DNA of 64,000 bases from Ginglymostoma cirratum (taxonomy: Eukaryota). The stretch is from the NCBI GenBank assembly GCA_024137785.1, contig JAHRHZ010000021.1, positions 41,145,769-41,209,768 on the forward strand, in the 5' to 3' direction. The notes below the pieces were generated by a model. The model saw nothing but the letters and a program-made list of their open reading frames with translations. It searched no databases and had not been told where the DNA came from. Numbering within the stretch: position 1 is the first letter of the stretch; the number at the start of each line of letters is the position of its first letter. Of this stretch, positions 1 to 13,699 are shown piece by piece. Made by a program: the position numbers and the translations under genes.

Positions 1-1805
1 TGAGAAAGCCTCCCAGGAAATGAAGCAGCTGATTGGTTTCTTATGAAATAAGGACCCCAGAGCAGGAAGCCATGCCACCTTTAGCTGCACTCAGAGGCTG
101 GCAGCTCCTAAACTTGGTGACATCACATTGGAGGCTATCGCTGCTGTTGGACACTAACTCCCAGACTCCCAGGCAGAGATCACCACTGGGAAAGGTTGGT
201 ATTGTTTGGGTCAGGTTTTGGGGATTAGTTGAACAGGAATGCAGGGGAAATCTGAAACGAGCATAGTGGGTGTTGTATTGTACCTCATCTTTCAGAGAGC
301 TTACCTTTGAGATGTGCTCTCTGTATGTAGTGTTGTGACTCTGCTCTGTTACTTTGCTTTGGGTTTGGAGTCTGTAGAAATCAATTGGTTTCCTTAAATC
401 TCAGCCTCCTAACTTGCAATGTGCCTTACCTTTTTAAATAAACCACCTGACAGGGTTAATCAATCCCTGAAGAAGATTTACTTTTAGGCCAACATCATTA
501 CAATGACAGGGGGTGACGCTCAGTGACCACCTACTGCCTCAGCTCCAGACGCTCAGTCTCCACAAATTTGTGTGGATCGAGTGACCACAGCCCAACATAA
601 AAGCCTGTCTGCTCTGATTTACCAGTTGGCTAGGCCATGTTTACTCATCACAGCTGGAGTTTAACTCATTGAGGCTCAGGTGGGATGACGCTCTTCAGTT
701 ATCATTAACCAGGCCCAAATTGGCAGCTAGGTAGAAAAATCAAGTCTTGACTTTCCAGTCCAGAGCTGAGTTCCTGTGGTGGAGATAGGCAGCAGAGTTC
801 GCCCCCAAAGTCAACCCGCCCAATTAACTCCCTCCTCCCACTTATTCTTCCATCACTTTTCAAGAGGGGAAGATTCCATCCTCAGTCTTCCATTGCACCA
901 ATGTGAATTTTCTATACCAGCTCAAACTATACAATAATGACAAAGGAAAAACTGGACCACATTTTCTGACATTGCTCATCTGAAACAGCCAGCAACGTCT
1001 GAAGTCTGCATGGGTACAGCTAAAAGTGGAAGTCTAGGAATCATTGTCCATGATTCATTACTCAGTGAAGTACCACGGACAGACTGAAATCAAGTAGAAC
1101 TGATTGAAGTGAGAACTTATGTTATTGTTATGATCCCAGCTGACAAGTTAGACCCCAGATTAAAATTTGGTTTGAAAGATCATATTTTGTTTTCTTTTTA
1201 ATGAAGTTGTCTTTCGCCGAAATACAAGCACACATTGCAGATCTTGTTTGAACAATAAAACAAAACTTTATTATGTAAGTAAAAAGAAGAAAATATACAA
1301 TAAACCGAACTATTTACATATAATACAATTTGAAAGATTTCAAATATACAGTATTCCTTCTATCCCAATAGCAGCCCTTTACAGTAATCAAACCTGCGGG
1401 AATTCCTGTCTTAATTACGTTGCTTTCAATTCCCAGTCTTGAGAGTCTAATGGCCCCAAACCTATATATTCATACAATTGAAATTAGACTTTCTCAGTTT
1501 TAAATAATCCCTTCAGGATTCTAACCAGATATTTTTGGTCTGGAACTTTCAAACTAAAGCCCTGATACTGGGATAACCTATTTCTAACTTTACTGAACCA
1601 AGTCCTTTCACCCGGCGAACAGTGTTCTCCCTTTTAATTTTAGCTAATAATTCAGTGAACTGAAACCAAAAGCTTTACAAGCTATGGGCGCTTTCTTTAA
1701 GCAAAATCAAAGCCTCATCCATCTGACTGAAAACAAGCTAATGCACCACAATGTTTATGCTTTCAAAACACTCCCAAATACAAACAAATTCCTTTTTTCC
1801 CTAGC

Positions 1806-2111
1806 AGACCATTCAGCCCATCGAGTCTACATGAACCCTCCAAAGAGCATCCACCCAGAACCATCCCCCTACCCTATCCCTGTAACTCTGCATTTCCCAT
1901 GGCTAATCCACCTAGCCTACACATCCCTGGACACTATGGGTAATTTAGCGCAGCCAATCCACCTAACCTGCACATCTTTGGGCTGTGGAATGAAACTGGA
2001 GCACCTGGAGGAAGCCCATGCAGACACAGGGAGAATGTGCAAACTCCACACAGTCAGTTGTCTGAGGGTGGAATCGAACCCAGGTCCCTAGTGCTATGAG
2101 GCAGCAGTGCT
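1806..2111 (-). mobile_element. V-SINE (HE1-like) tRNA-derived SINE
   Basis: Reverse complement reads AGCACTGCTGCCTCATAGCACTAGGGACCTGGGTTCGATTCC (tRNA-like B-box GGTTCGATTCC), then the V-domain TGTGTGGAGTTTGCACATTCTCCCTGTGTCTGC and a CR1-like tail. Homologous to the copies at 7357 and 61849. Confidence 0.85.
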
Positions 2112-2644
2112 TCCCCTGGAACTGTCTCTGTCATAAAAACCTAAACTCCAGAAAGTCTATTACTATGCACCTTTACAGTAGTGAAGTATCGATATTGAAT
2201 TTGCAGCCATCATATTTTACCTCTGTCCATGGACACATTGCTCGGTGTCATTCACAGTCAGAAACTCATCATCCACAAAAGATGCAGCAAGATGCTTCTG
2301 ACGTCAAGGTAGGCCTCTTTGGATGTCTTCTCTGATTCTGCCACATATCTCATCATAGCCCATGATGCTCAGACCCCATTAAGATTCTGTCTATGACCGA
2401 GTTCAATGGTGTAACTGTTCATCATAAACTTAATCTCGTCCCTCACTTGAGGTATTCTCTCTGATTTGAATTTGTAAGGGTGTTGTTTTACAGGTAATGC
2501 ATCCCCTGCAGTACATTCAAACTCCAACCTGTGAACTAAATGATATTAGTGTATATATATTTCACAACTTTACATCACATTGTTAGTTTCACAAGAGACT
2601 ACTATTGAAAAAAAATTACAATTTTCTAGGTAAAATACATCTGT

Positions 2645-3350
2645 GGGTGTTATTTTATACCCTCCTCTTTGGTGAGTTTGGTAGCAGGGATGGCATTTAA
2701 TCAGGAGGGATGGATGTGGGTGGAGATCCTGCCATTTTCCAAGTTCAATCCCAATTAAGTCCATGGCAAGAAGACCCATGGAGAGTCTTCCCATCCTGCC
2801 TGAAATTGAAGCCCCTAAGAAGATAATTAATGCCATTTTAAGGTCTCATCCAGCCACCACTAGTCCTAAATCAACGGTGGGCATGCTTATTGCCACAAAA
2901 GGAAATACAACAAGTAATTCTGTGAGTTACTTGTGCCTGCTTATGGGAATGAACATTGGGAAGGGGTATCTGGCTAAGACTCACTCCCACCATTGCTGCA
3001 AAGCCCGATCCTCTGTGACACCAAATTCACAAAATCCCTCCCAATACCACTTAACTCTGGGCTGGGTCACTGTGCGATCTAAATGGGCCTCTGAATGGGT
3101 ATATTTTCCATCGGAGGAATCAGCGGTGCTGCTGTGTGACAGGACTGTCGGCCTCTGACTGCTTGTTAACCGATCACAGCAATCAGGAATTACGGTCCAG
3201 GGTCCTGATCCTGTCGAAGGCTCATTGATGGTCTGTAGACTGTCCAGATGGCTTGTATTAAGCAGGGCATTTCTCAGGGAGGTGATGCAGGTCTTATGCT
3301 GTCTCTTCAGCTGATGGCCAAAAGCTCAAAGACCTGCACAAAATTCACCC
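2645..3350. mobile_element. Old non-autonomous DNA element (MITE-like), tentative
   Basis: Imperfect terminal inverted repeats GGGTGTTATTTT / AAAATTCACCC with a GC-richer interior. Termini resemble those at 55960-56951. Confidence 0.35.
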
Positions 3351-5446
3351 ATGTATTCAAACCTATTTCATAATTACAGCAAAAAAGTCTTTCTGACCCT
3401 GGAAAACCACTACTGTATTTACATCATGTCAAATTTCTTCATTATGATACATTCTATAATTCCGTAATCATTTTCTTTCAAGGTTGTTTATTCCAGTATT
3501 TACCCTCACCCCATATGAACATCTCAGCCATTTATGTCATTTTTAAAAAAAACTTAAAGTCAAGGGTAATCAGTGCATTTTATTTCCTATTTTGCTACCT
3601 GTGAGAATCCCTCAGTATGATTCGTTGCCTGCCCTTTTGATGACATCATTGTTGATGTGCAACTGGAAGTCCTACGAGTCAGGGCCAGGTTCAAACTAAT
3701 GTTGGGAAAGGAGATCATTAGATCTTTGTGGGCATCTTTCTTCAAGGTCTGTAATGAGTGCCATGGTGTTATTGCTAACCACAAAATCCTGGCCATTATT
3801 TTTCTGACTCCCCAGTCTTGGTCAACTTTATGTCAATTGATGTTAAATTATGATTAATTTGTGTGGTGCTCCTATGTCCAACATCCTTCCCATTATCACT
3901 ATGTATTTAGGGGGAATTCTAAGTCAGATGCTGGATAGTATTAATGATTGCAAATATTTGGAAGAAAGATGGCTGTAACAAGTGGATCCATTGGCTATTT
4001 AAACTTTTCATCTTACTTTGAAAGTGAGATTGGTTATGCAAGCCAAATAGTTGCTAATGCAGTCTACCGCCACAGAGAAGTATTTCTGAGAGGATATTTA
4101 AAAATATTCCAAAATGTATTTGTGACCGTTTAGTCTGATTTCTTCAGGCAATATGAGTATAGCTCTCTGCAAGATATTTACTGCAGATGAGGTGCAATTA
4201 TTGTTGACAGGAAGAAATAATATTTATCAGGGTAAATGTAATGAACCTGATTTAACTAAATCTTAAATGTTAGATGTTAAATCTAGCAAGACATTGATTA
4301 TTAGAAACAAGATGTTAGAATTAGAAACATAACGGTGTGGAATATTTTAGACGGTCTCATCAAGCTAGATGAAGCAATGTTTGCAACTAGATTATTTTAG
4401 AAATCTTCAGCAAAAAAGGGTGAAAAAATCATAGCGGATGCAGGATTTAAGAAGCAATATAGTTAGAAATTAACTGCCAGCTCCTATCAAACAGCAGCTC
4501 AAGTCAAATGGTACTATTTAGGGGTTTCCAGGATACATAGAACTGAGAACTTTGTATGAATTGCAATACTCATGGTGTATTTACGTCATTTACTGATTGA
4601 AAATCTGAGCAGCCATTACAAAGAGAGTTACAATTCAGTAACTGAATATAAATGGAATGGAATTCTAACTGTTGCTTTTAAGGTGTATATTCTTGATGCA
4701 ATAATTATTCATGTATAATACTGATTACAACACCTAGGATAAATTGTTTTTGGAAACCTCAGTTACAAGTAAAAGAACACATTAATTAGTAAGCTGTCCA
4801 TTAACCATTATGTATTATATACAGGAATGGAGAAATGGGGATGAATCCACAAAAGCTCTCATTTGTTAATCATATAGGAATCAATGTCTTTCTTAATTGA
4901 GCCTGTCAAATGTCTCCACAAATGGCTGAGCTGCCAAATATGAAGCTTCTGGACTGTAGCCAGTGACAGCCAACAGGAAAGAATGTAGCACTTTCTTTCA
5001 ACCACTTAGCACTCACCAGTGCATTTATGTGAAAGGTCACTTCAGCAAAATGTGTTTGATTGAGAATAATCACAACATTATATACTTTTCTCTCTTTCAA
5101 AGTGACTAATAATTATGAAAAGACACAGCAGGGTTTCATATTTTCTTCACTTTTCACATTCATCATGACCATCCATTGGAAGGAAATCTATAGAAATATA
5201 TTTCCAAATTATTTGGTGAAAATAATGCTCCCTCTTCCACTTCATTAATCGCTATTCATTGTTTTTTTTCTTACCGAACTTAAGCAGGATTGTGCTGAGA
5301 AATATTTATGGGCATTCTGGTTGAATTCTATTGTTGTCCCACTGCCTGGCTTACCATTGTTGAGAACTATTAACATTTTAAAATATTTTTTGCATTTCAG
5401 TCTTATTTCAGGTATGTCAGTAACTGTGCTACCTCTCAAACAAAAA

Positions 5447-5660
5447 AAACAAAGAAAAACCTGTGGATGTGGAAATCTGAAGCAAAACAGAAAACATTTC
5501 CTGTCCAGTGACTTTTCAGGGTCAGGTCTGACTCTTCTTCAGAATGTTCTTCAAAACATTAACTCTGTTTCTCTCTCCACAAACACTGCCAGACCAGCTG
5601 ATTTTCTCTAACACTCTCTGTGTTTGTTTCAATTTTCCAGCATCTGTAAGATTTTACTTC
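5447..5660. mobile_element. Degenerate inverted Penelope-like 3' end (family B) with hammerhead remnant
   Basis: The two arms are mutually complementary (GGATGTGGAAATCTGAAGCAAAACAG / TGTTTCAATTTTCCAGCATCTG). Minus strand at about 5510-5545 reads CTGAAGA-A-GAGTC..GACCC-TGAAAAGTC. Confidence 0.6.
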
Positions 5661-5924
5661 TATTAATATGAAGAGCATCTTTTAATAGAAGGCCACTTGA
5701 GAATTCATTAAATAGGTTTCTAAACCAACAGATCACATGTATATCAGAGTTGATCCTAAGGAAACATTTCCCATTTCTAATCCAAAGAAATATCAGGACA
5801 ATCCAAGCCATCAAATTAAAGCCGACATGCAATCTTAAGATTCTCCAGGGTGCATATTGTGCATGGCACCCATACATCTGAGGCAGGTGACAAGGAATGG
5901 GGAAATGGTATAAAAAAGAAAGCT

Positions 5925-6340
5925 TTACATTTACATTGCTTCTTTCATGACCACCGAACATCCCAAAGCATGCAGCCAATGAAGTACTTTTTGAAGTACA
6001 GTCACATTGCAATAGAGGAAACATGGCTGCCAATTTGTGCGCAGAAAGCTCCCACAAAAAAAAATGTGATATTATGATTTGTTTTTGCAATTTGATTGAG
6101 AGCTGAATATTGACCAAGACGCCAGGGATAATTCCCCAATGGTTTTATGGGTAATTCCATTGGAACATTTACATCTACCTGAGAGGTCAAACAAGGTCTC
6201 AATTAAATGTCCACCTGAAAGACAACATTTCTGATAATGCAGCATCTCATTTATATCCGTTGGAATATTAGCTTTGATGTTTTTGTTTTCAGCTTCTGAG
6301 GTGGAACTTGGTTGAAAGAGTGCCAACAACTGAGCCACAA
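5925..6340 (-). mobile_element. DeuSINE-type (SacSINE1/AmnSINE-like) SINE
   Basis: Carries Deu-domain-like motifs (AAATGTCCACCTGAAAGACAACATTTCTGATAATGCAGCA) and the tail GAAGTACTTTTTGAAGTACAGTCAC, shared with 20765, 29858 and 43698. Confidence 0.7.
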
Positions 6341-6466
6341 CTAATACAATAGTTGCAAAAATTCTAAAGCATATAGTTTATGCCGTTTCAGCACTTAATT
6401 TAAGATACCAGTTAGGAGCAGTTCCATCCTCTGAACAATTATAGCTAGGTCAAAGCTTCACTTGAT

Positions 6467-6591
6467 AAAACAAAGAACTGTGGATGTTGGAAATCAGAAA
6501 CAAAATGGAAATTAATGGAGAAATTCAGCATGTCTGGCAGGATCATTGGCAATCCTGTTGAGTTTTTCCAGCAATTTCTATTTTTGTTTTA
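6467..6591. mobile_element. Short fold-back Penelope-like 3'-end insertion (family B)
   Basis: Inverted arms. Flanking direct repeat CTTCACTTGAT (6456-6466) / CTTTACTTGAT (6592-6602). Confidence 0.7.
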
Positions 6592-7356
6592 CTTTACTTG
6601 ATGTCTGCATTTCCCCACCTTTAAGTATTGCTACCCTATATTAAGAAAATCCAAAACACAGTTTGAGTTTTGATCTTGATTGAAATGGGGCTTCCTGGGC
6701 CACATTCTCCTCTTTCATTGCTGAGTGAGCGTGTGGTGGGAGGCCAAACTTGGGGGATGCCGGGCACTGCCTATGCATTTCCTGATGGAATGATGTCACC
6801 TTTTCACTGCCTGCTCCAAAGTAACTTGCTTTGGATTTAATTGGTATTTCACGAGACCAGGGTGAGTTTCTGAAGATGTTCATTTTGACAGATTGATGAG
6901 TACTTGAGATGAGAGATTGCTTTCTTGTAGAGCGTTTCAGTAGTTGTGTGTGTGTGCGAGAGATGAAGTTTTATTGGCTTTTAAGAGAGATTTTCTTTTC
7001 AACTGAAGTTTGAATGGCTTACTGTTTTGATTTCATAAGTTTTCAAAGACTTCCCTTTGTGTTGTATGGCAAATGTGTTCTATATGGAGTGAATATTGGA
7101 AGATTCAGTATGTAAGATACAAGTGGAGCTTGGAAGGTTCATAGGGACCATGGAAGTGGTATAGAGGCAAGGCAGATGCATGGAGAGAATGGATGAGGAA
7201 ATGAAGACTAGGTGGTCAAACAACTTTGTATAGAATAGGACCAACGTTCCAATGAACAAGGGCTGGCCTTCTTTCTGGCATGATATCTTCCCACCTCTGT
7301 TCCTACTCTCTTGGTACCTGAGCCCCAACTCCAGGTGAAAATTCTGTGTGTATTAG

Positions 7357-7712
7357 TGGCAAGGTACTCCATGGTTAGTACTGCTGCCTCACAGCACCAG
7401 GGCCCCAGGTTCGACTCCGCTCTTGGACAACTGTCTCTGTGTGGAGTTTGCACATTCTCCCATGTCTGTGTGTATTTCCTCTGGGTGAACTGCTTTCCTC
7501 CCACAGTCCAAAGCTGTGCTGGTTAGGTAGATTGGCCCTGCTAGATTGCCCATAATGTCCAGGGATAAACAGGCTAGTTGGATTAGCCATGGGAAATGCA
7601 GGGTTACAGGGATAAGGCAAAGGGGTGGGTGTGGATGGATCCTTTTCAGTGGGTGGATGTGAACTCCATGGGCCAAATGATCTGTTTCTACGCTGTAGGA
7701 ATTCTATGATTC
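7357..7712 (+). mobile_element. V-SINE (HE1-like)
   Basis: GGTTAGTACTGCTGCCTCACAGCACCAGGGCCCCAGGTTCGACTCC head, V-domain, and CR1-type tail ending GGAATTCTATGATTC. Confidence 0.88.
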
Positions 7713-10348
7713 AGAAGTGGGGGATATGATATCAGGAAATGGCCTGACACACCTCATGACTCAAAGGGGGACATTCTGCCAATTATGTTTAGCCAAACAT
7801 CTTTTCAGCTTCAATTCTGACAGCCTGTGATACTGGATCATAAGTTTAGAGTATCACTGAGGTGTTAGTTTCTATATCGCAAAAGAATTGGAAATCTATC
7901 TTATTTTACAACAAATATGTTGCTAATGCCACTGAATAAATTCCAAAACTGGAGAAATTGCAAAGACAAATAGGCAATAATCTTGAATGGTACTGTTTTA
8001 CATCTATTCTGTCAGTCAAGCAACGTACTTCAATTGTAATGTAAAAGTATACTTTTTTTGCGTGTAATCCATGACCTGTTTGAAGCTCTTAATTGGAAAA
8101 CCTCTGCATCCCTTAGCACTTAGATTCTTCATGTTACTGGCCACAGAAAAATAAGTTTTGACCTTCAGTTTGTTGCAGGCTTCAACCTGCCTCCTTGCTT
8201 ACATTCAGCTTTATTAAATAGTGCAATGTTTTCTTAAAGAAATACTCAGTGCTGACTTGGATTTAGAATTGTAAATATTAATGGTGCACTCATACACAAA
8301 ATCCATTATCACATATTCTGAACCATCTGCTGATGTGGGTGGGGATATCATGCTTTTAACAAATTCTAATTTTCACGGTTGGTGCTCCTTTTATGAAGCA
8401 TTATGCAAAGGATGACATTGCTGCCATCACGTTACGTTCTTTTCTGTGAATCAACTTTGCATCTCATTGGAAATATATTTTTATTGCAGAGACAAAATTC
8501 TAAAGAAATGATGCATAGAGCGCATTTAGAAAGAAAGAGCTATTTGCAGATATCATCATACTGAGAAGGTGGGAGCATGATAAGATTTTAAAATGAACCA
8601 TCAGATGGATTAGTTCGCAAACCAGGAACATCAATTCAAAACATTTTTCACTTGTTCGAGAGTGTGATTGAAATCCATTTTCTTTATCTTAATGAGATTT
8701 CTTTTCCTTTTTACAAAATAACAGTAACATTCTGAGATTCAGCCTTTCATGCATTGAAAGGATGTCAACCAAACAAATGCGACCAGCTCACATTGTTAAC
8801 ATTTTAGGATTGGCTTCATGGCACTTTTCCAACCTCAAATTTAAAAAGCTGTGATGTTTCAGTCCTTTGTGTTACGGGGCTCCCATATTTTTCTCAAGGA
8901 AGGTTATTATAAACTGCAAGGAGCTTTGTGTTCAAAGTCATTTCTACAATATTTCTGTTTACTTGGATTTTCAAAACTCGATCTCTCATCTAAGGTATAT
9001 TTAATATTTTGGCATATTTAAATTCTTTATCTTATAAAGTATTTCTGAAACTGTACAGCAATGCAACATTTGAAGCATGGTGTGTAAGAGGAGAGTGATC
9101 ATTACACAAAAAAGCACTTACTTCAAACTGTTGAATAAATGCAGTTGAAGATCTATGATTTTGGCCTAAATACATTTCTATATATAAAGTGTGCCGGGGT
9201 GTGATCTACTCAGCTCAATAAAGACATAATCCAGCAACAGGGAATAATCAGTTAAAGGGTGAACCCAAGCTTTCCAGGTATTTGCCTCGTCACTGACTGA
9301 AGGCGGCATGAAAGCCAAAGTGAGGCTGAACAACGTTTACCCTCATTCCCTGAAGGGCAGACAATTGCAAAAGTTTTCTGGCTGCATGAGGTAGATGGTC
9401 TTTACAGATGATCTATAATAACGTACATTGATCCCATTGCAAATGAGGTTATTCTCCTGCTCTCACAAACTCCAAAGAGGTCAGTACTGGAATGTACAAG
9501 TTGATGCAATCTATAGACTACAGCTTGGACTATGATCTGTATATTTCAGTGTCCACCTGAGCAACAGTTCTGTAGATCATTCTGTTTGCAATCATTGTGT
9601 GTAATATGAGCAATTTATTGCCTTCTACTGTTGAGCAGCAAGTAAATGAGTGAAAGACAGCATTAAATACCAGCTAAATACAGTTGGACAAAATGTGAAC
9701 ATTGTATGAGTAGAAGGTTTGCTAAAAGCACGGGTAGAGGCAAGGTGGCCCTCACATGCTCCCACACAATAGACCAGATGTTAAACAAAGATAGTGGCTA
9801 TTGGCTAAAAAGGCAGGGTAAGGCCATCTCCACTGGCCCAGAGATAGTAGCCAAATTTTCAAATTAATTACCTTGGTCATGGCTACTTCCTGCATGAGGG
9901 AGTACACCAGGCCTCCAAGAACTAGTAGTCAGACAGATGACTGGCAGCTCACCAGTCCTGGCATCACCACAGAACTTGGTGGCCGTTGTTGGGGCTACAG
10001 CCAGCTCTGATAAAGAGCCGGGGAGCCATGCAGGTCAGACTGCAAGGTAAGTGGGATGGGGAATTGCCAGGGCCAATCCCTTCCTGCTGAAGGGAAGAGT
10101 TGAGGCCAGGAGAGGCTCAAGTATGAGAGAGGGAGTGGGGTTGGTTATTGCAGAGGAGACACATAACTGAGGAGAGATATTTCCAGGGAGTACAAGATGT
10201 CCAAATAAGCAGCAAACATCCCTCTCACCCAGAACTTATAGTCAGGTAGGAAGAGACATTTAATTGGCCCATAGGTGAGCTGTGCCTACCCCGCAATGAC
10301 CAGCAGAGAGGTAGGTTTGTGATAGGCATGTCACGTAGTTTCACACAA

Positions 10349-10748
10349 NNNNNNNNNNNNNNNNNNNNNNNNNNNNNNNNNNNNNNNNNNNNNNNNNNNN
10401 NNNNNNNNNNNNNNNNNNNNNNNNNNNNNNNNNNNNNNNNNNNNNNNNNNNNNNNNNNNNNNNNNNNNNNNNNNNNNNNNNNNNNNNNNNNNNNNNNNNN
10501 NNNNNNNNNNNNNNNNNNNNNNNNNNNNNNNNNNNNNNNNNNNNNNNNNNNNNNNNNNNNNNNNNNNNNNNNNNNNNNNNNNNNNNNNNNNNNNNNNNNN
10601 NNNNNNNNNNNNNNNNNNNNNNNNNNNNNNNNNNNNNNNNNNNNNNNNNNNNNNNNNNNNNNNNNNNNNNNNNNNNNNNNNNNNNNNNNNNNNNNNNNNN
10701 NNNNNNNNNNNNNNNNNNNNNNNNNNNNNNNNNNNNNNNNNNNNNNNN
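10349..10748. other. Assembly gap (400 N)
   Basis: Run of N. Confidence 1.
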
Positions 10749-10865
10749 GGTTATGATGTGGGGAGGTTGAATATAAAATTTTGTCCTGTCTACTACTGTC
10801 TTTTCATACATTGTTAATAATTCATTGAAATGCATTCAATTTTAATTTTCAAAATCAATGATAGC

Positions 10866-12490
10866 GTCATACAGTCATATAGCATGGAAGCAGACCCTTA
10901 GGTCCAACTTGTCCATACCAACCAGGTTTCCTAAACTGGAAGTAGTCCCATTTACCAGTCACAGACTCACAGAGTAATATAGCATGGAAACAGGACCATC
11001 GACCCAAACTGGTCCATGCTGACCATGGTGCCCACTCAGCTAGTTCCAATTACCCATATTTGGCTCTGATCCCTCTAAACCCTTCCGATCCATGTACCTG
11101 TCCAAATGTTTTATAAATGTTGCTGTTATACCTCCCTCAACCACTTTCCCTGGCAGCCCATTGCATATAAGCACCACTCTCTGCATGAAGAAGTTGCCCT
11201 TTGGGTCTTCCTTAAATCTATCCCCTCTCACCTTAAACCAATGTCTTCTAGTTTTCAATTTCCCACCCTTGGGAAAAGGACTAAATGCATTCATACTATC
11301 CCTCATGATTTTATACACCTCAATAAGGTTACCACTGATTCTCCTATGTTTCAGAGAATAAAGTCCTATCCTATCCAACCTCTCCTTATAATTCAGGCAT
11401 ACTAGTCCTGGCAACGTCCTTGTAAATCTTCTTTGCACACTTTCCAGTTTAACTACGTCTTTCCTATAGCAGGGTGACCAAAACTATACACAATACTCCA
11501 AGTGCAGCTTCACCAACGAGTTATATAACTGTAACATAACATCCCAACTCATATACTCAATGCCTCGACCAATGAAGGCCAGCATGCTAAATGCCTTCTT
11601 CACCACCCTGACTACCTGCGATGCCGCTTTCAGTGTACTATGTAATTGTACTCCTGGGTCCCTCTGTTCCACACACTCCTCAGGACCTTATCATTTACTG
11701 CAAAATTCCTACCTTGGTTTGACTTTCCAAAGTGCAACACCTCACACTTATCTGTATTGAATTGCATTTGCCAATCCTCAGCCCACTTCTCCAACTGATC
11801 AAGATCCCTCTGTAATTTTTGATAACCTTCCTCGCTATCACCTGCAGACTTACTAATCATACCTTGTACATTCACATCCAGACCATTTATGTAAATAACA
11901 AATAGCAAAGGTCCCAGCATGACCACTAGTCACAAGCCTCCAGTCTGAGAAACAACCTTTAACCTTTACCCTTTGCTTCCTACCATCGAGCCAATTTTGA
12001 ATCCAATTAGTTAGCTCTCCCTGGATCCTATGTGACTAGCCTGCTGTGCAGGACCTTGTCAAAGGCCTTACTAAAGCCCGTATAGACAACATTCATTGTC
12101 CTACCCTCATCTATCCTCTTAGTTACCTCTTCCAAAAACTCTAAAACATTTGTCAGACATGATTTCCCACACACAAATCCATGTCCCTAATCAGACCTGT
12201 GTTTTGCCCACATTCCTCTAAACCATTTCTATTTATGTATCTGTCCAAATGCCTTTTAAATGTTGTATTTGTACTCACCTCTACCATTTTCTCTGGCAGT
12301 TTGTTCCATGTATTCACTATGCTCTGTGTGAAAAAGTTGCCTTTCAGGATCCTTTTAAATCTTTCCCATCTCACCTTAAACCTAAACAGTCTATTGTTGG
12401 TCTTCCCTACTTTGGGTAAAAGACCTTGCCCATTCACCTTACCTATGCCTCTCATGATTTTATAAACCTTGATAAGGTCACTCCTCAGGG
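10866..12490 (-). mobile_element. Two nested CR1 LINE 3' fragments: host copy 10866-10956 + 12198-12490, inserted copy 10957-12197
   Basis: Minus-strand peptides LGPLLFVIYINGLD, WQMQFNTDKCEVLHFG, LVKLHLEYCV and LIEVYKIM are typical of the CR1 ORF2 C-terminus. Two 3' tails occur in succession. The first tail (...CCCATTTACC) resumes at 12198 (TGTGTTTTGCCC...). Confidence 0.9.
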
Positions 12491-12608
12491 TCCTAAATCT
12501 ACCATTTGCCTTACTTATGTTGGTGAAGAAACTTGGGATTTTATTTCAGAGATGTCGCATAAAAATGAATTGTTAAATAATTTAATAAATGATTATATTG
12601 GTAGTAAG

Positions 12609-12762
12609 AAAGAACTTGCATTTATGTAGCTCCTTTCACAAGTTTAAGTACTAAGTACCTTAAGTACTTTAAGTACTGTGACTAAGTACTTTACAGTCAA
12701 ATGAACTACTTATTGAAGTGATCACTGTTGAAATGCAGGAAATATAGCTGCCACATTGCATA
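12609..12762 (-). mobile_element. DeuSINE tail fragment with local TAAGTAC micro-duplications
   Basis: AAATGAACTACTTATTGAAGTGATCACTGTTGAAATGCAGGAAATATAGCTGCCA matches the tail of the 5925 and 20765 copies. TAAGTAC occurs 5 times at about 12645-12690. Confidence 0.55.
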
Positions 12763-13699
12763 CACATGGTCCAGGTGTAGTAGCAAGACAAGGACTAGAC
12801 CAGGGCCTTGCCAAAATGTGGGCCAGGACCCCAGTGGGACCCTGAACTGAAACATTGGGTTTAGAAGCTGTAAGGCAGCAATGGCCGGACTGGAACACTG
12901 ACCAAGTTGAAATAATTGTGATCCTGCTACAACAGGCGTAACACTCTCCCTACCCCACTCCATCCTCTCTCAAGTCCCCCGAAGGCCTGTGAAAATTTTT
13001 AATGGTCAGAATGTGGTCACTGTGGGAGAAAGTTTGGGAAGCATCAGACTGGGACAATCTGTTTTGGTGAAGTTGTTTGAGGAACAAATGTCATCCAGGG
13101 CACCAGGGAGAACGCAGCAGATTGACAGAAGTGGTGTAAGTGACATGGGCACCGTTAAACTAGTGACACCCATCTCCACTGGTAGGGCAGGTTGTTCTGC
13201 AAAAGTGTCACCCATTGTATCTCCAACATTACAACAGCTGGCCAGGATTTTCTAGACCATGAATCTTTAACATGCCATTGTGTTGTGTATCCATTTTTGA
13301 TATTGTTTCTTAAATGACAGCAGATGATACACAGCAAATACCAACCAGCAGTTACAAAACAGCCAATCTCAGTGGTAGGTTTATCAGCTGCACTGCGAGA
13401 TTGGATTTCCGTCTGTAATTCCCTGCTAGCTACCCAGCATTATCTCTGTTATTAAATGGACAATAGATTCTTATAAGAAAACAAATGGTATTAATATAAC
13501 CGAGTTGATGTGACCTTTGCTGTTCCAGATGTGGTTTTCAATGATATAGCTGCTTACTGGATGCAGGTGAAGCGAAAACAACAAGAATACTGCTCTTTAC
13601 AAGCAACAAAGCTACTGAATCATTTTCCCTGAGGAATAACACACAAAATTAGCGTCTAAGTCATGTTGGCAGCTTAATTAGTGTATTTCCTTAACTAAC

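Noticed and set aside
1684-2091. 135-aa ORF and similar ORFs at 7208-7676 and 61696-62132
   Set aside because: Chance translations of V-SINE sequence.
10319-10835. Long ORFs of 145 and 164 aa
   Set aside because: Artefacts of translating the N gap.
12640-12692. TAAGTAC repeats as a CRISPR-like array
   Set aside because: 7-bp slippage duplications in a SINE tail, without spacers, in a eukaryotic context.
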